NCBI GenBank assembly: GCA_015231405.1
Contig: JADGBR010000007.1
Location: 40,791 to 104,790 of the forward strand
DNA length: 64,000 nt
Direction: 5' to 3'
Source of the DNA: Candidatus Omnitrophota bacterium
Lineage (GTDB): Bacteria; Omnitrophota; Gorgyraeia; Tantalellales; Tantalellaceae
Both the position numbers and the translations under genes were made by a program. Below, in pieces: positions 1-10,562 of this stretch. The notes beneath the pieces are model-generated. The model was given only the letters and a program-made list of their open reading frames with translations, had not been told where the DNA came from and searched no databases. The stretch's first letter is position 1; each line of letters opens with the position of its first letter.

Positions 1-35
1 AAAAAGGGCCGGCATATGGCCTGGAAATATCTTCC

Positions 36-3000
36 ATGGGTGAGGTATCGAAACTGGACGCGTTGAGGGATAAGATGGAGCTTTTCTACCGCTCGTCACT
101 CGAACGCGACGAGGCTTTTATCCGGAATATCGGGTCTAAAATGGACCAGGGAGGTAAAAAGGTCACTATTCTTGTAACAGGCGGGTTCCACGCGGATAAT
201 CTCGCGGGCCTTTTCAGGGACGTGGGTTACTCCTATATAAAGGTAATGCCTAAGTTCGTTAACAATAAGGAAGTGGAAAACCCGTATATCCGGCTTTTGT
301 CGGGTGGGAAGAGTTCTCTCGAGAAGATGATAGAGACGTTTGTGACCACTTCCAATATAGCCATAGAGAGCATGCTCTCGGAAATGGGGATAGAAGGGTA
401 CAAGGGCGATAAGGACCTTTTCGCCCTGGCGGTAGAGGCCGAAAGGGCGCTTAGGAATGGCGGGGCGTTCGGTATAGCCGTTAAGGGGTTAGGTTATTTT
501 AAACTCACGGCGACCCCGAAAAATAAAGAGATGGCTGAGGAACTGGGCGAGGCTCACGGGAAACCGCTGTACGCCGAAAGGTTTGAGGGGACCGAAACCG
601 ACGCGGATCCGGGTATGGTGAGTTTCGTGGACGTCGAATACCTGAGGGAAGCTCTTACCTACAAGGGACATCAGACGATCGTGGACCTTCTTCTTAAGAA
701 AGCCCATGCCGGCGAAGGCGGCGTAAAAGCCGTCTCAATAAATGAGATCAACGCGCAGGTAGCCGAAGCATGGACAGGCGACTTCGGCCTGGATATCGAG
801 GATTGGCAGGAGCTATTAAGGCTCAACAAGAAATACGCGTTCATTAACGTTATCACCGGGAGTAACGGCGAGACGCTGAAGTTCAAAATAGGGTCTGAAA
901 GCCCGGGTTACGGCATAAATCTGACGTATTCCTCCGATGCCGACGGGGCTTTTGATTCCAGGTGGTTCGTCGCCTGTCTCCTTCACGAGATGTCGGCTTT
1001 TGCGTTTCCGGATGTTGAGCACAGGGATAATCTGGACGTTGAGGGGATCGCTGGGACCGATAAAGGAACACCGGTAAGAATGAATAGGGGCGCGATATCC
1101 GGGTTGATGAATTCGTTAAAAAGCAGACTATATAACCTGCAGGCCGAGGGCGAGATGAAAGAGAGACGTGGGATAGAGATAATACCCGTTTCGGCCCTTT
1201 TAGAAAAGAACTGGAGCGATGGGATGGAATCGAGATTTTACGGAAAGTTCAATGATCTACTCGGTGCGATAAGGGATAAGGCTGCCGGCGAAGTATCCCG
1301 GCGGGTGGATATACGTAGTATGAGAAGCGTTGAAAGCTATTTTGCCGTTACTATGGTGAAGAACATGAATAGAGAGATGTGGAAACTGTTCGGGCATTCA
1401 GACCTGGAGAGAAATACGTTCTTTGGAACGGGGGATGTGAGGGGTTATATGAGGGGGAACTGTGCGGTGATATGTTTGTTCGGGTTCGAAGTTCTCAGGT
1501 TGAACGGAGATCTTTCAGTGGATCTCGCATTGAATGAAGAAAGTTCTAAAGGCATAAGAATGGCCATGTGCATGAGGATGCTGAGAACTGATTTCTTTCT
1601 TAGGGATGTCATTAAAACACTGGAAAAGGACAGATCAGGGCCAAGTGAGTACATCCTCAACGCCGAAAAGAATTTCAGGGATGTGGTCGAGAACCTTAGG
1701 GAAGAGAGCGAATTTTTTGATGCGTCTGTCGATGGGGCCAGGGAGTTATTAAGTTCAGTATGGTTTGCCCTGGATCTTACACTGCCTGATCAGAGGAGGA
1801 TCCCCCTTATCCGGGTATTTCATGAAATAGAAGAGACTATCAGGAGCTTGACAGCGCAAAAAAATACCCTGATCAACATGGCTGCCAAGACAAAAGGGAG
1901 GGATATCGACGGCGCCCAGTTAAAACAGCTGTATGACGCTTGGAGTAATTGTAATGACCTTTGTGAAATAATAACGCAGAATATGAAGGCGATCGGCCAA
2001 GAGTTGAATTTCCTTCAGGATGACGCTGATGAAATGGCGGAAAAAATGAGAGCGTCGAACAAACATGAGGACGCTGAGCGGGAGGACGCTCGGGCCAGGG
2101 CTTTCTTTAAGATGAGGAGCGACCTGGGCATTAAGCTATCCGCGATCTTTTTTACTGAAAACGCGGTATATGATATGAAGGGCAGCAACTCGGTTCTAAA
2201 GAACAGATTTTATAATCCTGTTTCCAGAACGCTGAGTTCCGGTAATAAATTGCTCAATTGGGCTAAAGGATGGCGGGGGTGTGACACAATAGAGGCGTAT
2301 TGCGCGGGTTGGATAAAGGCGTTGGATACAATGGGAGCGAAAAAAGGGGCGGTTGAAACATCAAGGGAGGATCTTGAAAGGGCGAGAAATATAATTGATG
2401 AATTGAGAAGGGCGAATGACTGGTTCCGGAAGGGCGTCCAGGCATTGGCCAAAAAAAGGAATCCCGGGATACTGGAATTAAGATATTTATTCGAGAACTG
2501 GATAAGCCTCAGGGAAATGGCAGGAAAAACCGAAGTACTTATGGCTGATTCGAATGAAGAAGATCCCGCGCAAAGAGGGATAATAGCGAACTTCGATCAG
2601 AACAGCCAGGCCAGTTTAGGGATCACACTTCCAGTATCCCTGTTCATGCCAGGTTTTTTCAATATCGATATTGAAAATGGAGAAAAGAGGAAAGTAGAGA
2701 AAGATATTGTGGAAGCTAAGGATTTTAACAGCCCCGAACTGGTCTTCAGAGAGAGGGTGGAAAGTTGGAGTGAAGAGAACGCGGCGAACCTGGAGAACGC
2801 ATGCGCAAAATGGAGGGAATGGGTGGCTTCAGTAAGCGACGGGGAGAAAGAAGTTGGGAGTGAGACCAGAACAAATATAACCGGGAATAAAGATACCATT
2901 AACAGGATCCTGGATCATATCCAAGCTTCGGCCGCCAGATTTAGGGAGCTCTCCAGGTCAATGAAAGGCCGGGAAATAACAGGGGAGGAGCTTCAGAACC

Positions 3001-4235
3001 TGTTATTGGCGTGGAATGATCTTTACGCGTCGATCAAACACTTCCGGGATAATCTTCTGGATCCGGCGACCAACGGGGGGTTAATAGAATTAAAGGATCT
3101 CCAGGTGGTGCAAGTAATGATCATTTCGGAGGACCTTGCTGGCTTTCTTGTGCATTTTGATCAGGTCTCCGATAACCCGGTAAGGACAGCCATCTATGAC
3201 CTGTTCAAACGTTTCTCGACCAACCCCAGAGGCGATTTCGCCGAAGCTGAGGGAGTTATTTCCGGAATGGCTGATAGAGTGGATAGCCCGGTAAGGGTTG
3301 TTGAGGATAAGAAAGGGATAAATCGTGTCAGTGTCGCGTCAAAAAACTACGTGTCTCTTGACGCGGCGCGTTTGACTATAGCGGTCAAGGGGCAGGTCAA
3401 GGAACTGGGGGGCTTTCTTTCAACGGTTATGAATAAGGATATCCCGGAAAGTTACTCGGTCATAGCCGGGGCCGAGCCGACGGATGAAAATGGCGATGTT
3501 GTCACGGGGGACCTTTTCGATTCTTCATTGACCAAACTGAAAAGTTCCGAACGACATTTTGTTAAGATGAGGCTGGGAGACAGTAATATCCAGCTTTATC
3601 AGACTATGGGCGTCATGAACGCCGTGGAAGCGGTACTGGACCTTCCGATAGAAGGCCTTAAAGAGAGAACGGGCCTCTCCGATACGAGGACAAGGATAGA
3701 TTTCCAGATAAGCTCTTGGGTACTTGCCGCTATAGAAGCCATGTTGACAGCGGAAAAACTTGAAGCGGATCAGGGCGAGAAAATAAATGCGTTAAAGGCT
3801 TTGTTAGGCGGGGGTACCCTCCAGGCTTATCTTGAAGCCAATACTATGCTTACCGTGTGGACAGACAAGGACGAAAAAACCGGGCAGGTATTCCCTATGC
3901 CTTACGGCCTTTTGATGGGCGCGTCGTTCGCTAACCTGAACGTCGGGTATGTTACGGAAAAGATCCTGAAGGACCCGGCAAGGAAGGATATGGAAGAATT
4001 AAAGCAGGCCGTTCAGCTCAAAGCCAAAGGGGTGGCCATAGCCACGAATGACCTGAATAATGAACAAGCCATATTCGAAAGTTTTTGGAAACTAGTAGGA
4101 CAGGGAGAAAAAGAAAACCTCCAGAACTTCATTAAGGCGGTGCTCGAGCTTACTCTCCCGGCCGTGGCGCCGTTGAATATAGGCGAGATAAAGGAACTTT
4201 TCGCGGCCCAGGCCGAGGTATGGCGGTCGCTGTAA
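36..4235 (+). CDS. Large hypothetical protein (1399 aa). No in-frame stop between window start and the first ATG, so the gene may begin upstream of the window.
   Basis: Long uninterrupted ORF; the minus-strand ORFs inside it are short. No recognisable catalytic or binding motifs by eye. Confidence 0.5.
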   Translation: MGEVSKLDALRDKMELFYRSSLERDEAFIRNIGSKMDQGGKKVTILVTGGFHADNLAGLFRDVGYSYIKVMPKFVNNKEVENPYIRLLSGGKSSLEKMIETFVTTSNIAIESMLSEMGIEGYKGDKDLFALAVEAERALRNGGAFGIAVKGLGYFKLTATPKNKEMAEELGEAHGKPLYAERFEGTETDADPGMVSFVDVEYLREALTYKGHQTIVDLLLKKAHAGEGGVKAVSINEINAQVAEAWTGDFGLDIEDWQELLRLNKKYAFINVITGSNGETLKFKIGSESPGYGINLTYSSDADGAFDSRWFVACLLHEMSAFAFPDVEHRDNLDVEGIAGTDKGTPVRMNRGAISGLMNSLKSRLYNLQAEGEMKERRGIEIIPVSALLEKNWSDGMESRFYGKFNDLLGAIRDKAAGEVSRRVDIRSMRSVESYFAVTMVKNMNREMWKLFGHSDLERNTFFGTGDVRGYMRGNCAVICLFGFEVLRLNGDLSVDLALNEESSKGIRMAMCMRMLRTDFFLRDVIKTLEKDRSGPSEYILNAEKNFRDVVENLREESEFFDASVDGARELLSSVWFALDLTLPDQRRIPLIRVFHEIEETIRSLTAQKNTLINMAAKTKGRDIDGAQLKQLYDAWSNCNDLCEIITQNMKAIGQELNFLQDDADEMAEKMRASNKHEDAEREDARARAFFKMRSDLGIKLSAIFFTENAVYDMKGSNSVLKNRFYNPVSRTLSSGNKLLNWAKGWRGCDTIEAYCAGWIKALDTMGAKKGAVETSREDLERARNIIDELRRANDWFRKGVQALAKKRNPGILELRYLFENWISLREMAGKTEVLMADSNEEDPAQRGIIANFDQNSQASLGITLPVSLFMPGFFNIDIENGEKRKVEKDIVEAKDFNSPELVFRERVESWSEENAANLENACAKWREWVASVSDGEKEVGSETRTNITGNKDTINRILDHIQASAARFRELSRSMKGREITGEELQNLLLAWNDLYASIKHFRDNLLDPATNGGLIELKDLQVVQVMIISEDLAGFLVHFDQVSDNPVRTAIYDLFKRFSTNPRGDFAEAEGVISGMADRVDSPVRVVEDKKGINRVSVASKNYVSLDAARLTIAVKGQVKELGGFLSTVMNKDIPESYSVIAGAEPTDENGDVVTGDLFDSSLTKLKSSERHFVKMRLGDSNIQLYQTMGVMNAVEAVLDLPIEGLKERTGLSDTRTRIDFQISSWVLAAIEAMLTAEKLEADQGEKINALKALLGGGTLQAYLEANTMLTVWTDKDEKTGQVFPMPYGLLMGASFANLNVGYVTEKILKDPARKDMEELKQAVQLKAKGVAIATNDLNNEQAIFESFWKLVGQGEKENLQNFIKAVLELTLPAVAPLNIGEIKELFAAQAEVWRSL

Positions 4236-4237
4236 TA

Positions 4238-4669
4238 TTACAGCGAAGTGAAGATCAGCGTCTCGGCTTTAGTGAGCGCGGTTGAGCTGTCGGAGCTCAG
4301 AGTTACAGTCGTGGTAGAGTTGTCTTTAGAGTCGAAGAATATCCCTACGCGCGTGGTCGGGGTTTGTTTCGGCAGCCCCATGATCACTATATAGCCGTCG
4401 TTCAGATCAGACATAAAAACTTTAAGCTTATCTTCGCCCTCGCCTTTTTTTCTGTCAAGTTTGGCTTTTTCGTTGAGTAGAGCTATAACTTTATTGAACG
4501 CATCCGCCTTTGAAAGCGGGACTTCCTTGATCTTGCCGCTCGACTTAAGCTGTATAAGATCGGCGTAACCGAACCCCATAATGTTCCTGGGCGCGTTCCT
4601 GATCCCGGCGCAGGCCGAGAGAAGGGCGAGAGTGAGCGCCATCAACATGAAAAGAAAACAATTTCTCAT
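4238..4669 (-). CDS. Small putative lipoprotein
   Basis: N-terminal signal peptide MRNCFLFMLMALTLALLSAC with lipobox-like L-S-A-C; 143 aa. Confidence 0.4.
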   Translation of the reverse strand: MRNCFLFMLMALTLALLSACAGIRNAPRNIMGFGYADLIQLKSSGKIKEVPLSKADAFNKVIALLNEKAKLDRKKGEGEDKLKVFMSDLNDGYIVIMGLPKQTPTTRVGIFFDSKDNSTTTVTLSSDSSTALTKAETLIFTSL

Positions 4670-4837
4670 AAGATAAATCCCCGTTAATTATGAGTTCCGG
4701 AACAAAGAGATTATAGTATCAGTTCGGGGAAAATACAAGGAAAACATGTTCGCCGATGGGCCTTTAACGCTCATTCGTAATGATACTTCAAAATTCTCCT
4801 CTTTTGTGCTATTATTATCCCCTACGGGAGGCGTGGA

Positions 4838-6349
4838 ATGAAGGTATATCTGGCCGGTTTTAACGTGGACACGACGGTCCTTAAAGAGCTGGAGGAGCGA
4901 GCGGGTAAGCGCGACGACGTGACACCCGAGGTCATTTCGGCGGCGTACGCCCGCATAAGCCGCGATCCCCGTCCCGTCAACGAGATACGCAAGGACGCCC
5001 GCGGGGAAGTCGAGAAGTCCCGCAAGTCCAATTCAACCATCATTTTCAAGATGGGGCATCATTCCGTGGCCGAGCACGCAGTTTTTAATCTCGATGTTAT
5101 CGGCGTTTCGCGGTTAGCCATGGAGGAAGTGGAGAAGTTCAGGCTTTGTTCGTACACGGAGAAATCGCAAAGGTATGTTACTCTCGATAAGGATTATGTC
5201 GTCCCGGATGAAATAAAAGGCACGTGGCTCCATCCGGTTTTTGAGGATATGATCCGTGCCCAGAACGAGGCCTATTTCAAGCTTTTCGCGCTACTGAAAG
5301 AGCATGTTTTCGTGAAATTTCACGAGCTCGCCAAAGACCCTAAGAACCAGAGCCTTCTTGAGGGATGGGCGAAGGAAGACGCGAGGTATATCACCGCGCT
5401 TGCTACCGAATCGCAGGTCGGAGAGACCATTAACGCGAGGAACCTGGAGTTGATGCTCAGGCGTTTTGCTTCTCATCCGCTCGCCGAGGTAAAAGCTCTC
5501 GGGAGGGCTATTTTTAAGGAGATCCACGAGGTCGCGCCTTCTATCGTGCTCTTTCATGAGGCTAACGATAAGGATATCAAGACATACCCCGAGCTTAGGG
5601 AGCTGGCCACCGGGATATTGGGCGCCTGCATGGCCCGGGATAAATGGGACGGCGAAGAGGTGAAACTTGTGGAATATACCCCCGGGGCAGACGATATCAT
5701 AGCCGCCGCTATACTTCATGTATCGTCTAACCTGTCTTATGAAGAATGCGCCGGAGCCGTAAAAAGAATATCGCTCCAGGATAAAAGAAAAATATTCACT
5801 ACCAGCTGGCGGAACATGCAACTCTACGACTCTATGCTCCGCGAGTTCGAGTACGCCAATCTCACTTTCAATATCGTCCTGTCTTCCGCCTGTTTCGGCC
5901 AGCTTAAAAGGCATAGGATGTCCACTATAACAAGCCAGGGTTACGATCCGTCGCTCGGGAATACTATTCCCGAGTCGGTCAAAGAGATAGGGATGGAAGG
6001 CCTTTTTAAGGATATAGTGTCGAGGACCAACGAAACCTATGAAAAGATAGCAAAAGAGATACCCGCCGCGGCTCCGTACATACTCACCAATTCCCACAGG
6101 AAAAGGGTCCTTATCCGGATGAACGCGAGGGAGATGTATCATATTTCCCGGCTTCGGGAAGACGCGCATTCCCAGTGGGACATACAGAATATTTCCCGGT
6201 CGATGGTCCGTAAAGCCAAAGAGGTGATGCCGCTGGCGTTCGAATTCGCCGGCGGTAAAGACCGTTTCGGCGAGATCTATAACGGCATTTACGGTCATGG
6301 GCCGAAGGTGGCCGAGGCCGTTCTTCCCGGCGCCAGGAAAATAAAATAA
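4838..6349 (+). CDS. thyX: FAD-dependent thymidylate synthase ThyX, tandem-duplicated long form
   Basis: Thy1-family signature in first half (HHSVAEHAVFNLDVIGVSR ... SQRYV) and RHR motif in second half (LKRHRMSTITSQ). 503 aa fits the double-length ThyX seen in some lineages. Confidence 0.75.
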   Translation: MKVYLAGFNVDTTVLKELEERAGKRDDVTPEVISAAYARISRDPRPVNEIRKDARGEVEKSRKSNSTIIFKMGHHSVAEHAVFNLDVIGVSRLAMEEVEKFRLCSYTEKSQRYVTLDKDYVVPDEIKGTWLHPVFEDMIRAQNEAYFKLFALLKEHVFVKFHELAKDPKNQSLLEGWAKEDARYITALATESQVGETINARNLELMLRRFASHPLAEVKALGRAIFKEIHEVAPSIVLFHEANDKDIKTYPELRELATGILGACMARDKWDGEEVKLVEYTPGADDIIAAAILHVSSNLSYEECAGAVKRISLQDKRKIFTTSWRNMQLYDSMLREFEYANLTFNIVLSSACFGQLKRHRMSTITSQGYDPSLGNTIPESVKEIGMEGLFKDIVSRTNETYEKIAKEIPAAAPYILTNSHRKRVLIRMNAREMYHISRLREDAHSQWDIQNISRSMVRKAKEVMPLAFEFAGGKDRFGEIYNGIYGHGPKVAEAVLPGARKIK

Positions 6350-6452
6350 AAAAATACTTTTGAAAAAAAGAATCATGCGTTGACACTTTCCCGGGACTAG
6401 TATATATTAACCCCGGAAAAATCGGTTTTTAAACGGAGGTGTAGAAAAGGAG

Positions 6453-8342
6453 ATGGAGATGGATCAAAGGTATAAGGATTTTCTGACAAAAAAATGCGGC
6501 GAGGAGAACTATAAGAAAATTGTGGACCTCGAGAACCCGAAGTTGTACTACTTCATCGCTAAATACGTGGAGCTGTGTGATCCCGACAGGGTATTCGTGC
6601 GTACGGACGACCCGAAGGACGCCGAGTATCTCAGGAAAAAAGCGATCGAGCTTGGCGAGGAGAAAACGCTGGCCGCTAAGGGGCATACCATACATTTTGA
6701 CGGCTATTTTGATCAGGGCCGGGACAAAGCCAATACCCGGTATCTGCTTCGCCCGGACGAAGTTCTGGGTTCGGATATAACTTCAATGGACAGGGAGAAG
6801 GGTCTCGCCGAAATACACGAAAGGCTCAGCAATATCATGGCCGGGAGGGAAATGTACATTTGTTTCTTCTGCCTGGGCCCTAACAATTCACCTTTCTCGA
6901 TACCGGCCGTGCAGATCACAGACTCTGCCTACGTGACGCATTCGGAGGATATCCTTTATCGCCCGGGTTATGAGGAGTTCAAGAAGCTGAAAGGTTCCGA
7001 CAGATTCTTCCGCGCCGTGCACAGCTCCGGGAAATTGACGAATAACGTCAGCGAGGACCACCATAACCGCAGGGTTTTCATTAATATCCTGGACGAGATA
7101 GTTTACAGCGTGAACACCCAGTACGCCGGCAATACCGTCGGGCTTAAGAAACTGGCGATGAGGCTAGCTATAAAGAGGTCGTCGGAGGAAGGGTGGCTTA
7201 CGGAACATATGTTCATCATGGGGGTGCACGGGCCGGATAATAAAAGGGTGACGTATTTCACCGGCTCTTTTCCGAGTGCCTGCGGGAAGACCGCGACGGC
7301 GATGCTCGGGGGGGAAAAGATCATAGGGGACGATATCGCATATCTCCGCAATATCAACGGCACCCTGAAAGCCGTTAACGTGGAGAGGGGCATCTTCGGC
7401 ATTATCCAGGATGTCAGCCAGGAGAACGACCCGACTATTTTTAAAGCCTTGACCGATCCGGGGGAGGTCATTTTTTCGAACGTCCTGAAGGACCCTTCGG
7501 GCAATCCCCGTTGGCTGAGCGACGGCAGACAGGATCCCAGGGAAGGGATCAATTATTCGGGCGACTGGTTCCCCGGGAAAAAAGGCCCCGATCAGAAAGA
7601 TGTGCCGTTCGCACACAAGAACGCCAGGTATACCATCAGCCTTAAAAATATGGACAATTGCGATCCGAAGATCGAGGATCCCAACGGGATAGAAATAGGC
7701 GGCATAATCTACGGGGGCAGGGACTCGGATACGAGCCTGCCGGTCGTTGAATCGTTCGACTGGAACCACGGGATACTCACGCAGGCGGCCACCATAGAAT
7801 CAGAGACCACCGCGGCGACCCTCGGCAAAGAAGGCGTCAGGGAATTCAACCTTATGGCCAATCTGGATTTCCTTTCGATACCCGTAGGACGATACATACA
7901 GAACAACCTCGAGATCATTGACGGGGTCAAAACGCCGCCGCGTATTTTCCACGTCAATTATTTTCTCAGAGGACAGGACGGAAAATATCTGAACGGGATA
8001 AAGGACAAGCATGTATGGCTGAAGTGGATGGAGCTAAGGGTGAACATGAACGCGGAAGCTCTCAAGACGCCTATAGGTTTCATACCCGAATACAAAGACC
8101 TGGCCGAGCTTTTCAAGAAGGTGCTTGGAAAGGAGTATAAGAAAGAATCCTATGACGAGCAGTTCACCCTTCGTATACCCGAACAGATAGCTAAGATCTC
8201 TAGGATCCGGGAAATTTACCACACAAAGGTTTTCGACGCTCCGCATATACTGTTCAAAACCCTGGACGCTCAGAAAACGCGCCTTACGAAATGCCGTAAA
8301 GAACACGGGGATTATGTTAAACCGTCGGCGTTCGGCGCTTGA
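6453..8342 (+). CDS. pckG: Phosphoenolpyruvate carboxykinase (GTP)
   Basis: PEPCK-GTP P-loop FPSACGKT ([15 protein letters not shown]); ~630 aa typical length. Confidence 0.85.
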   Translation: MEMDQRYKDFLTKKCGEENYKKIVDLENPKLYYFIAKYVELCDPDRVFVRTDDPKDAEYLRKKAIELGEEKTLAAKGHTIHFDGYFDQGRDKANTRYLLRPDEVLGSDITSMDREKGLAEIHERLSNIMAGREMYICFFCLGPNNSPFSIPAVQITDSAYVTHSEDILYRPGYEEFKKLKGSDRFFRAVHSSGKLTNNVSEDHHNRRVFINILDEIVYSVNTQYAGNTVGLKKLAMRLAIKRSSEEGWLTEHMFIMGVHGPDNKRVTYFTGSFPSACGKTATAMLGGEKIIGDDIAYLRNINGTLKAVNVERGIFGIIQDVSQENDPTIFKALTDPGEVIFSNVLKDPSGNPRWLSDGRQDPREGINYSGDWFPGKKGPDQKDVPFAHKNARYTISLKNMDNCDPKIEDPNGIEIGGIIYGGRDSDTSLPVVESFDWNHGILTQAATIESETTAATLGKEGVREFNLMANLDFLSIPVGRYIQNNLEIIDGVKTPPRIFHVNYFLRGQDGKYLNGIKDKHVWLKWMELRVNMNAEALKTPIGFIPEYKDLAELFKKVLGKEYKKESYDEQFTLRIPEQIAKISRIREIYHTKVFDAPHILFKTLDAQKTRLTKCRKEHGDYVKPSAFGA

Positions 8343-8365
8343 GGCGGGACGGAAAAAGGGGGATC

Positions 8366-9274
8366 ATGAGAGAAGCTTTATTGAACATAGATATTCCGGA
8401 ACTGACACTTTTCCGCAAAGGCAAAGTGCGGAACGTTTACGATATGGGTGATAAGCTGCTTTTCGTTGTAAGCGACAGGATATCGGCTTTTGACGTTGTG
8501 ATGCCCAACGGTATTCCCGGTAAAGGCCGGATATTGAACAACATATCGAAGTTCTGGTTCGATCTTACCCGGGATATCATATCCAACCATGTCATTTCAG
8601 CCGACATCGACGAGATAGTGAAAATGGAGAAAGTACTGAAGAAATATAAGAAGACGCTTGAAGGTCGAAGCATGCTGGTCAAAAAAGCCGATCCGATACC
8701 TGTTGAGTGCATAGTCCGGGGATATGTCGCGGGTTCGGGCTGGAAGGATTACAGGAAGACGGGCAAGATCTGCGGGATAGACCTCCCGAACGGGCTCAAG
8801 GAATCTTCCAAACTGAAAGAGCCCATTTTTACCCCGTCCACTAAAGCCGACGAAGGACATGACGAAAATATCTCCCTCGAAAAAGCTAAAGAGATAGCCG
8901 GCGAAAAGACGGTCGACGAAATAAAGGATAAAAGCGTTGAGATATACGTTAAAGCCAGGGATTATGCCGATACCCGCGGGATAATAATAGCCGATACAAA
9001 GTTCGAGTTCGGTACGGTCGACGGCAAAATAATACTCATGGACGAGATCCTTACGCCGGATTCCTCCCGTTTCTGGCCCAAGGCAGAATACGCGGAAGGC
9101 CGGCCTCAGAAAAGTTTCGATAAACAGTTCGTAAGGGATTACCTCGAGGCCTTGGTCTGGGATAAAACCCCGCCCGCGCCGGCTCTCCCGGATAAGATCG
9201 TCGCCAAGACGCTCGAGAAATATCTGGAAGTGTATAAGGTGCTTACGGGTAGTGAGTTAGTGACCGGGGAGTAG
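8366..9274 (+). CDS. purC: Phosphoribosylaminoimidazole-succinocarboxamide (SAICAR) synthase
   Basis: [12 protein letters not shown]...DRISAFD motif. ATG at 8366 preceded by AAGGGGG RBS; the ORF-track start at 8339 is probably too far upstream. Confidence 0.85.
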   Translation: MREALLNIDIPELTLFRKGKVRNVYDMGDKLLFVVSDRISAFDVVMPNGIPGKGRILNNISKFWFDLTRDIISNHVISADIDEIVKMEKVLKKYKKTLEGRSMLVKKADPIPVECIVRGYVAGSGWKDYRKTGKICGIDLPNGLKESSKLKEPIFTPSTKADEGHDENISLEKAKEIAGEKTVDEIKDKSVEIYVKARDYADTRGIIIADTKFEFGTVDGKIILMDEILTPDSSRFWPKAEYAEGRPQKSFDKQFVRDYLEALVWDKTPPAPALPDKIVAKTLEKYLEVYKVLTGSELVTGE

Positions 9275-9315
9275 TGATGGGGCAGATTGTGGCGCAATTT
9301 GAATATTAGCTTAAT

Positions 9316-9410
9316 CCGTCATTGCGAGGAGCAATAGCGACGAAGCAATCCCTGTAATTTATTATTTTAACAGAGATTGCTTCGGGCACTTCGTGCCCTC
9401 GCAATGACGG
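9316..9410. repeat. Palindromic intergenic repeat element, family A (core CCGTCATTGCGAGGAGC-AGCGACGAAGCAATC), full copy with inverted partner
   Basis: CCGTCATTGCGAGG (9316-) pairs with CCTCGCAATGACGG (-9410); inner GAAGCAATC/GATTGCTTC. Related copies at 12325 and 16899. Confidence 0.6.
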
Positions 9411-9433
9411 CTAATTTGTCCGTAACTATTATT

Positions 9434-10465
9434 ATGAAACAGCCTGATTTGTCACCCACCACCCGGCACATAATTATAGATCCGGACAATATCGATCCGG
9501 ATCTTATTCGGGAAGCAGCGGATGTCATACGAAGAGGCGGACTTGTAGCCTTCCCCACAGAAACCGTTTACGGGCTCGGAGCGAACGCTCTTGACGCTAA
9601 GGCGGTCGCGAAGATATTCGAAGCGAAAAAAAGGCCTCTTGATGATCCGCTTATCGTTCACATAAATGATAAAGCGAGTTTGGATATTCTCGTCCGCGAT
9701 ATTTCCCCGGTTGAAACAGCTCTCGCGGCCAGGTTCTGGCCGGGGGCTCTTACGCTCGTCCTGAATAAAAAGGACATTATCCCGGATATCGTCACTACGG
9801 GTCTCGATAGCGCCGCTATACGTATGCCCTCCGGAAAGATAGCCTTGGCTCTTATAAAGGCCGCCGGTGTGCCCATCGCGGCGCCGTCGGCGAACCTTTT
9901 CGGGAAGACATCGCCGACGACCGCGGCCCATGTGAAAGAGGATCTTGACGGAAGGATAGACCTGATCATCGACGGAGGCAGTACGGATATAGGAGTAGAA
10001 TCTACCGTTATATCTGTCGTGGACGGTGAAGTGCGGATCCTGAGGCCGGGAGGGGTCAGCGTAGAGGAAATTAGGGAGATCGTTCCGCGCGTGAAGGTAT
10101 ATACGGAAGAGGAAATAATTAAATGCTCACCCGGGAAATACAAACAGCACTACGCGCCCCGCGCGGCGGTAGTTATAGTAGCGAATGACCGGGCGCAGAC
10201 GGATAAATGCCTGGCCCTGGCTAAAGAGGCGGCTAAAAGATCGAAAGTCGGGATAATGTCAAAGGCCGAGCACGCTGTGTTCTATAAGCCTTTCAATACG
10301 CGGGTCATGGGTCCCGGTGACGATCTCGCCAAATGCGCAACAGGTCTTTTCCGTGTGCTTAGGGAATTCGATTCCGACGGTACCGAAATAATTTTCGCCG
10401 AAGCGGTCGAGGAGCGCGGTTTGGGGCTCGCGATCATGAACAGGCTGCGTAAGGCGGCGGGGTAG
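9434..10465 (+). CDS. tsaC: L-threonylcarbamoyladenylate synthase (Sua5/YrdC/TsaC family)
   Basis: VAFPTETVYGLGANALD and Sua5 C-terminal domain. The ORF-track TTG start at 9377 lies inside the palindromic repeat, so ATG 9434 is preferred. Confidence 0.8.
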   Translation: MKQPDLSPTTRHIIIDPDNIDPDLIREAADVIRRGGLVAFPTETVYGLGANALDAKAVAKIFEAKKRPLDDPLIVHINDKASLDILVRDISPVETALAARFWPGALTLVLNKKDIIPDIVTTGLDSAAIRMPSGKIALALIKAAGVPIAAPSANLFGKTSPTTAAHVKEDLDGRIDLIIDGGSTDIGVESTVISVVDGEVRILRPGGVSVEEIREIVPRVKVYTEEEIIKCSPGKYKQHYAPRAAVVIVANDRAQTDKCLALAKEAAKRSKVGIMSKAEHAVFYKPFNTRVMGPGDDLAKCATGLFRVLREFDSDGTEIIFAEAVEERGLGLAIMNRLRKAAG

Positions 10466-10487
10466 GCAGGATAGTTAAGTATACGGG

Positions 10488-10562
10488 TTCCGTGGGACCT
10501 GTGACGTAGGACGTAAGTTTGTTCGCCACATCCCACGTCCTACATTCTACGTCCCACGGGAA
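10488..10562. repeat. Palindromic intergenic repeat, family B (core CGTAGGACGTGGGA / TCCCACGTCCTACG) between convergent genes
   Basis: TTCCGTGGGAC ... GTCCCACGGGAA outer inverted repeat with inner GACGTAGGACGT / ACGTCCTAC. Copies at 14634 and 15814. Confidence 0.6.

Noticed and set aside
5291-6376. 361-aa minus-strand ORF antisense to thyX (and similar long antisense ORFs at 7164-7769, 18273-19019, 21474-22052, 39487-39960, 44119-44694, 63015-63626)
   Set aside because: Each lies entirely inside a plus-strand (or opposite-strand) gene that has clear family motifs. The antisense translations are low-complexity, Arg/Pro/Ser-rich and without motifs. These are typical shadow ORFs of GC-rich coding DNA.
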